This document shows, piece by piece, positions 57,842-64,000 of a stretch of 64,000 bases of DNA. The DNA is from Octopus sinensis (taxonomy: Eukaryota). Position 1 is the first letter of the stretch; every line of letters begins with the position of its first letter. The stretch is from NCBI RefSeq assembly GCF_006345805.1, contig NC_042999.1, positions 161,882,001 through 161,946,000 of the forward strand, written 5' to 3'. The notes below the pieces were generated by a model that saw only the letters and a program-made list of their open reading frames with translations, was not told the DNA's origin and made no database searches. A program made the translations under genes and the position numbers.

Positions 57842-58232
57842 TCTATATATATAAAAGTGAGGTTGTGTGCTGTCTGTCTCCTACGATTTAGATTCCTAAC
57901 TACTCCCACATTTTGCGGTGCAGTTTAACCAAAACTGAGTATCTTATAGTCGTCATTGATATCGAGCCCTTCTGGGTATTAGCGCATGTCTACAATGAGT
58001 CTACGATTTGAAAAAAAATTTACCATCATTATTTCCCATTTTTAATGCATTTTTGGCATATATAAGGGAAGTAACTCTATGTATTATTAAATTTCAGAAC
58101 GTAAAAAGCTACAGTAACCCCTCCCCCTTTGTGGTTAGCCATATTGAGATGGCTATTATACTTTACATCTCTAAAAATGCTTATATAGTTATTTCCCTTA
58201 CAAACCCGAGCAACGCCGGGCGATACTGCTAG
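57842..58232 (+). mobile_element. Non-autonomous Helitron, copy 5 (cassette A)
   Basis: A|TCTATATATATAAAAG ... CCCGAGCAACGCCGGG CGATACTG CTAG|T. Confidence 0.92.
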
Positions 58233-58750
58233 TATTACATACAATTTCACTTAGAACTTGTGTATAAAATGGTGCTGTAAGCAGAGTTGGTACAGAAAGA
58301 GTTTTAACTGATTATTAAATCTGTGTTTAAGTATTTCTTCGTCTTCTTATTTGGAATATATGTATGTATGTATAGATGTATGGATGGATGGATGCATGCA
58401 TGTATGTATATTTACAAACATACACACATACACAATAATAAAACATTAGAAGTGATTAACTATGCAATTTTTACAGTTATACACATATCTAAGTATGATT
58501 GGTGATGTTTTTATCATTGGCTGGCATGCAGCCTCATTTTCCATTGAAGTCAGCAATTGAAGTTGTTTTCCATCAAGATCAGTGTACTATTTCTTGCAGA
58601 AGATTTGTTTGGAGCCCAAACAACTAAGGGAAGCCACAATGAAGACAACCATGGCAGCTGAGACAAGTTCAAGGTGGTTGCAGTTGATAATATAGCACAG
58701 ATGGAGACCTAAATGCAAAGGCTAATTCAATCTTCAGATGAAATACACAA

Positions 58751-59169
58751 GGCGCAGGAGTGGCTGTGTGGTAAGTAGCTTGCTAACCAACCACATGGTT
58801 CCAGGTTCAGTCCCACTGCGTGGCATCTTGGGCAAGTGTCTTCTGCTATAGCCCCAGGCCGACCAATGCCTTGTGAGTGGATTTGGTAGACGGAAACTGA
58901 AAAAAGCCTGTCGTATATATGTATATATATATATGTATATGTGTGTGTGTGTATGTGTTTGTGTGTCTGTGTTTGTCCCCCTAGCATTGCTTGACAACCG
59001 ATGCTGGTGCATTTACGTCCCCGTCACTTAGCGGTTCGGCAAAAGAGACCGATAGAATAAGTACTGGGCTTACAAAGAATAAGTCCCGGGGTCGATTTGC
59101 TCGACTAAAGGCAGTGCTCCAGCATGGCCGCAGTCAAATGACTGAAACAAGTAAAAGAGTAAAGAGTAA
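58751..59169 (+). mobile_element. SINE family A, full length
   Basis: Near-consensus copy. Confidence 0.95.
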
Positions 59170-59297
59170 GGCAAGAAGCAGAACACTGCTGAAGAAACAG
59201 AACGATTTTCAACAATGCAATCGCTTTAGTCCCTATCAAGAGAAAAAAATTTCAGTTTATAAGAGGAAAATCAATTTCACATAGCATTCTGTATTAG

Positions 59298-59538
59298 GAG
59301 AGTTACTTCCCTTATATAATAGCCAAAAAATGCATTAAAAATGGGAAAAAATTATGGTAAATTTTTTTTTAAATCGTAGACTCATCGTAGACACGTGCTA
59401 ATACCCAGAAGGGCTCGATATGAATCCCGACTATAAGACACCCGGTTTTGGTTACACTGCACCGCAAAATGTGGGAGTAGTTAGGAATCTAAATCGTAGG
59501 AGACAGACAGCACACAACTTCACTTTTATATATAAAGA
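59298..59538 (-). mobile_element. Non-autonomous Helitron, copy 6, 3'-truncated
   Basis: The 5' TC end is intact at 59538. The hairpin and CTAG end are missing. Confidence 0.85.
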
Positions 59539-61399
59539 TATGGCTGACTTTTTGCCAATCTTCAACAACCTTCAAATCTAGGGCAAAATGAGGACTCGTC
59601 CTGCAATCATTGAGGAGCAACTTTTCGCACTTTAAATCACATTTCAACCGAATGTCTTAGGGCACTGGGAGAAAATCAATACAAGTGGAGGCCTGGCAAG
59701 GACCTTCCAGAAATTGTCAAGTAGAAGCCAAGTGACCTACAGTGATGTCAACAAGCAACAGGTATCACTACTTGAAGATATCTAATTTCTGAAGGAAGAT
59801 GGCAAGGCTTCAAAGGCAACAACAACTGGATGTGGAGTGAGGGGTATTTTTCTATTTTGCATCAAGCTTTTGGCTGAGACGTGCAAGTGCATCTGAAGGA
59901 AAGGCTTATCTCTTCAGAAGAGGTGGCAATAACATTGTTTCTTTGTAAAAGTACAAAATCTATCATGGTGGCCAATCTCACAGTGCCTTGGGATGACAGA
60001 CTTGACATACATTCTCCAAGAAAGTTAAATGCAGAACTGGATTGATAAAGCTTTTTTCAAAGAATGACATACATTCTCTATTAGTCAACTTTTTTAAATT
60101 AAGGGATTAGGTACACTACTAAGTTGTGCAAATTGTCAATATGATACAGTGAAAGTCAGAAGTGGTAAATTGATTGAGGAAGGTATAGATATACTGTCAG
60201 TAGATTTAATGATGCAGAAGCTGTTGTCATAGTGGTAAAAAAAGAGATGATACAACTCAGCAGTGAGCCAGTGACTGGATATTGCTGTCCTAGCAATTGT
60301 CGTAGCACCAAGAAGAAAATATCAAGATATCAACGAAGTCTAGTATTGTGTAGAAGGTAGCAGGAGAAAATATAAAAATTACATAAAATATAAATTAAGA
60401 AAATATAAATTACAGAAAATTACGGTAGATTTGGATGGGGTTAGCAGTAAGTTAGACCAAGTCTAGGTCAGTTGGGTGTTAGTTAGACCAAGTCTAGGTT
60501 ATCTGGGTGTTAGGACCAAGTCTAAGTTAGCTGTGTGAGGAGTCAGAGCAATAAGGATTTGGGATAAAGTTGTTAGGTCAAATTTTATGAAGTTCGGCAT
60601 TGTCTAACAGACAAGATGAAACATGAACAGGAATGCATTGGAATATACTATAGTGTTTACTTGTTCATTTGACACAACAATAAAAGTAGATTATTGATCA
60701 TGATTATGATGATGGTGATGATGATTATGATGTAATTAAATCAACTAAGTTTATCATAAAAAGCAGTGCATCATTTCAGACATAGTTGTTGCTCCATCTG
60801 ATGAAAACTCCTAGGTCTTTCATCTCCTTATGCCTCCCTAGACACACTGCTCAGATGTTAGTTGTTATAACCACAAAGATTTTGATAATATTCCAATATT
60901 GGTTAAACCATTAAATTGCAGACACACTCTAGTTAGTGTGTGACACAGTGCCGTTAACAATAGAGACAACTGTAGAGAAACGGCAAATTCTGCTGCAGTT
61001 TGGAAGGAAGTACATGTACTGGCAGTTTGGTTCTTTACAGAGCCGACATAGGACTACACAACAGCAGCAACTAGCTGTTAAGATCTTGCATTCTGCAGCA
61101 TTAACTTTCAGAGCTGTGGGTAACACCTAGTTAACCTCATAAGCTCATTATGGTTAATGAAAGTGTACAGTCCTACTGAGCCTCACTTTTTCACTCACAT
61201 TCACCAGTCAAATCATTTGAATTGTATACTTCTATCACACAACAATTTTAATGGAATACCATCTACTTCCAGCATGTGATGGTCAGTATACATAGTCCAT
61301 TCCTCTTCACACTCCTTAAGGTAACATTTGGATAGCATACTTGGTTACCAAAATCCCAAACTCAAATATTTAATCAATAAGGGAATTGCCAAAACTGTA

Positions 61400-63385
61400 G
61401 CTATGGTTCCTTCTCAGACCAGTTTATGAAGAAAAAAAAAAAGGAAAATAATCAGCTACATGAATCTCTAAGCAACAGAAACCTCTTACAGAAGATGTGT
61501 AGTTTTACAGATTTCTTCAGAATTTAGTAGTGTATTGAAATTCTTTCATAATGAGTGTTGCTTTTGGCTTTATCAACATACGTTAGCCAGGGTAAACATA
61601 GCACAACTGTCAAAGCGCAGTTCCCATTGGCTGACATAGCTAAGGCAGTGTCAACAAAGACACTAAAAAATGATGAAATAATGCTGCTGCCCACATACTT
61701 GGGCCACAGAACAGCTAAAATCACAATAGAAGCAATGCCTGCTGGATATGAAGTTTTGTGGGTGGTGGCAGCAGTAATATACGACATGGAGGAGAAAGTA
61801 ACCATCTTGCAAATGAAAAAGAAAGATGCGATAAATTGGAAAGGCCAAGCACTCGAATTAGTGGTACAAGCCGCTAATGAAACTTTAGAAAATTTGCCTG
61901 ATAGGGTGTTTGTAGAGGAAGGGCTCTCCATGCGATATGGACTTCACTACTGTAACATATAAACAAAAGAAAGCACATGTCCCGGAATCCCTTCCCCAAA
62001 CAAAAAATCATCGAAGCATGCAGACACACATAACCAAACTCACCAACCCAGTCCCATGGTTAAACAATTTGCCAAACCCCTCTCCAAAACACATGGAAAA
62101 AAGAAAAAAATATTAGCAATCAGAGGTAAAAAAACGAGGCATTAAACAGAATCATTAGATCACACCACAAAGCAAGAGTTTACAAAGAATGAGAAAACAA
62201 TAAAACTGATGTTCGATTTTCAAAGATGAAGGAAACTTTATATACAGAGCTTAAAGCATGCTACTCAGATGACATTAGAGATGTGAGTGTGGAAGTGGCT
62301 GAAAGCAAATTAATTGTAAGCCCGGCAGCCACACCAAGAGAAAGTCCTACAACAACACCATCGAAAAGCCCAGTGACCACACCAAATAAAGAGAAAGATG
62401 GGGAGGCAGGCAGAATTGCGCAGTCCCTCCCCAAACTGAAACTATAAGTTATCCCTTTCTTTTATTTTTCTCAATGATGATTAAGTTAGGGTGCATAAAT
62501 GTGCATGGACTGGGGTTGAAATGGAAACAGGCTTGTTTCCTGGATGACCTCAGGACACGAGATATAAATGTAGCCATTGCAATTGAGTCCAAGTTGAGTG
62601 GACCACAAGTGTTCTCACCTCTTCTGAATGGCTATGAGAAATTTGTTTCTCCTAATCAACGAGAAGGAGGGAGCGTGGTGGTCTTTTTCAGGAAGAACTT
62701 AGACATGCAGCTAAGTACCGTCTTTCTGGACCCAGAAGGTAGGCTGGTCGTCCTGGAAGTGACTCACAAAAGTAAACAGTCCTTCAGGTTGGTAGCTGTC
62801 TATGCTCCTAACGAGCATGGGCAGTCTGTTTTTTTCGAGACTTGGAGCACTTTTTAGTGACATCAAAAATGGTAGTTCTGTTAGGAGACTTTAACACTAT
62901 CCTTGATGCGTGGGTGGATAGTGTTGGCTCGATTGATAGGAGGGGAAATCCTGGCCTCAAAGGTCTACTAGAGAGCTATAATCAAGTAGACAATTACAGA
63001 CTGGATGAGCTGAGTGTTCCACAGTGGATGTGGAGTATTTGTTAGAGATAGAGATAAGGATACTTTTAGCTGTCCACAATTTTGTATTGTGTCTTACACA
63101 GATCACAAATTAATGACATGTGAGGTACATATAGATATCATAGACAGGGTCCCGGGTACTGGAAGATGAACAAGTCTATTTTGACTTGTGAAGCCTTCTG
63201 TACTCGGACTAAGATGTTAGTACAGAGGGCACTATGTGGTACCATCATTAACAATAGATGGTGGCACACCCTCAGGAGAGCCATTCATTTAGAGTCTATT
63301 AGAATTAGTAATCAGCTAAGTTTAGATAGATCTAGAATAGAAGGGGAATTAGTTAAGAATTTAGATGAGGCTATCAACTCATTTG
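61400..63385 (+). mobile_element. Tx1/L1-clade LINE 5' portion: ORF1 remnant plus APE endonuclease of ORF2, frameshifted and 3'-truncated
   Basis: 62474 onward: LGCINVHGL, IAIESK, VAVYAPN, LLGDFN, GPGYWKMN. ORF1-like open stretches lie at 61555-61962 and 62226-62447. Confidence 0.85.
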
Positions 63386-64000
63386 ATTGCATGTCATTTC
63401 ATGTGGCTGAAGTCTTGAATCCATTCACTGACCATGAATCCATTTATGTATATGCATATAAATGTGCTGGTGAGTGTATGTGTGTGGCTGTTTGTATGAG
63501 TGTCCATGTATAGCGATGTGTATATTGAAGAGTGTGTGTTTGTGGATATAAGTGGAGTGGTATTGTCTTGTGCTTCCTGTCATCCATCTTAATTAACCTG
63601 AAGATGTTCATAAGGAGGATTCTTTAAATAAACCTTAATAGTCTATAAGTTTTCATCAGCTACAAATAGAAATTTAAAACGATTAGTTAATTAGCTCAAC
63701 AAAGACTGCATAGACTACAACTATTCGTTAAGCCACTAACTCAACATAGATGCAGATGATTATGGTAATGGTAATAACAACAACAACAGCAGCAGTGGCG
63801 GTGGCGGCGGCACCACCACCACCACCACTACCAAGCAACAACCCATCAGTGGCTGCGAAATTCAGGACTAAAAGCAGAGTCTGATGGTTTCATATTGGCA
63901 GCACAAGGTCAAAGCTTGCTTACCAGAAACTACCAGGCTAATGGAAGTTGTTAACAGGAATACTTTCAGAAAGCATTTACGAGCACTTTGACAACCAGAA

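Larger units (their letters stand above)
58540..60030 (+). mobile_element. Decayed RLE-type LINE 3' part (HERO/NeSL-like)
   Basis: HISTECLRALGENQYKWR and KSTKSIMVANLTVPWDD (restriction-like endonuclease region). It is interrupted by SINE A and a Helitron. Confidence 0.6.

Noticed and set aside
62474-63385. Active L1/Tx1 ORF2
   Set aside because: It has a frameshift near 62850, further breaks after about 63045, and no RT domain.

Overview
Eukaryotic, AT-rich, repeat-saturated genomic DNA. The SINE and RTE families look like those I recognise from Octopus (coleoid cephalopod); this is recognition from memory, not a database result. There is no prokaryotic system, CRISPR array, rRNA or bona fide tRNA gene, and no intact transposon ORF. 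Most of the window is mobile-element debris: three tRNA-derived SINE families (here called A, B and C, about 20 copies, several with clear TSDs), RTE LINE 3' fragments and many 3'-UTR-only copies, decayed R4/Dong-like, HERO/NeSL-like and Tx1/L1-like LINEs, and a Penelope-like (GIY-YIG) element with an inverted terminal repeat. It also holds mariner/Tc1 remnants, TTAA-flanked piggyBac-type MITEs, six copies of a non-autonomous Helitron, and long (CT)n, (GA)n, (GAA)n and (TA)n tracts, which explain all the long low-complexity ORFs. Two phase-compatible minus-strand exons (9053-9183 and 3374-3456) suggest that at least part of the window is intronic to an unidentified coiled-coil protein gene. 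The main leads are: (1) tandem 60-67 nt structured-RNA units (H-type pseudoknot plus an invariant stem with a hypervariable loop) in the RTE 3' UTR, including a head-to-tail multimer with identical junctions; (2) a Tc1/mariner derivative whose inverted repeats extend outward into duplicated SINE heads; (3) a Helitron with exchangeable internal cassettes; (4) hammerhead-like motifs in Penelope-type repeats; (5) a nested fold-back inside (TA)n. Boundaries of decayed elements are approximate.
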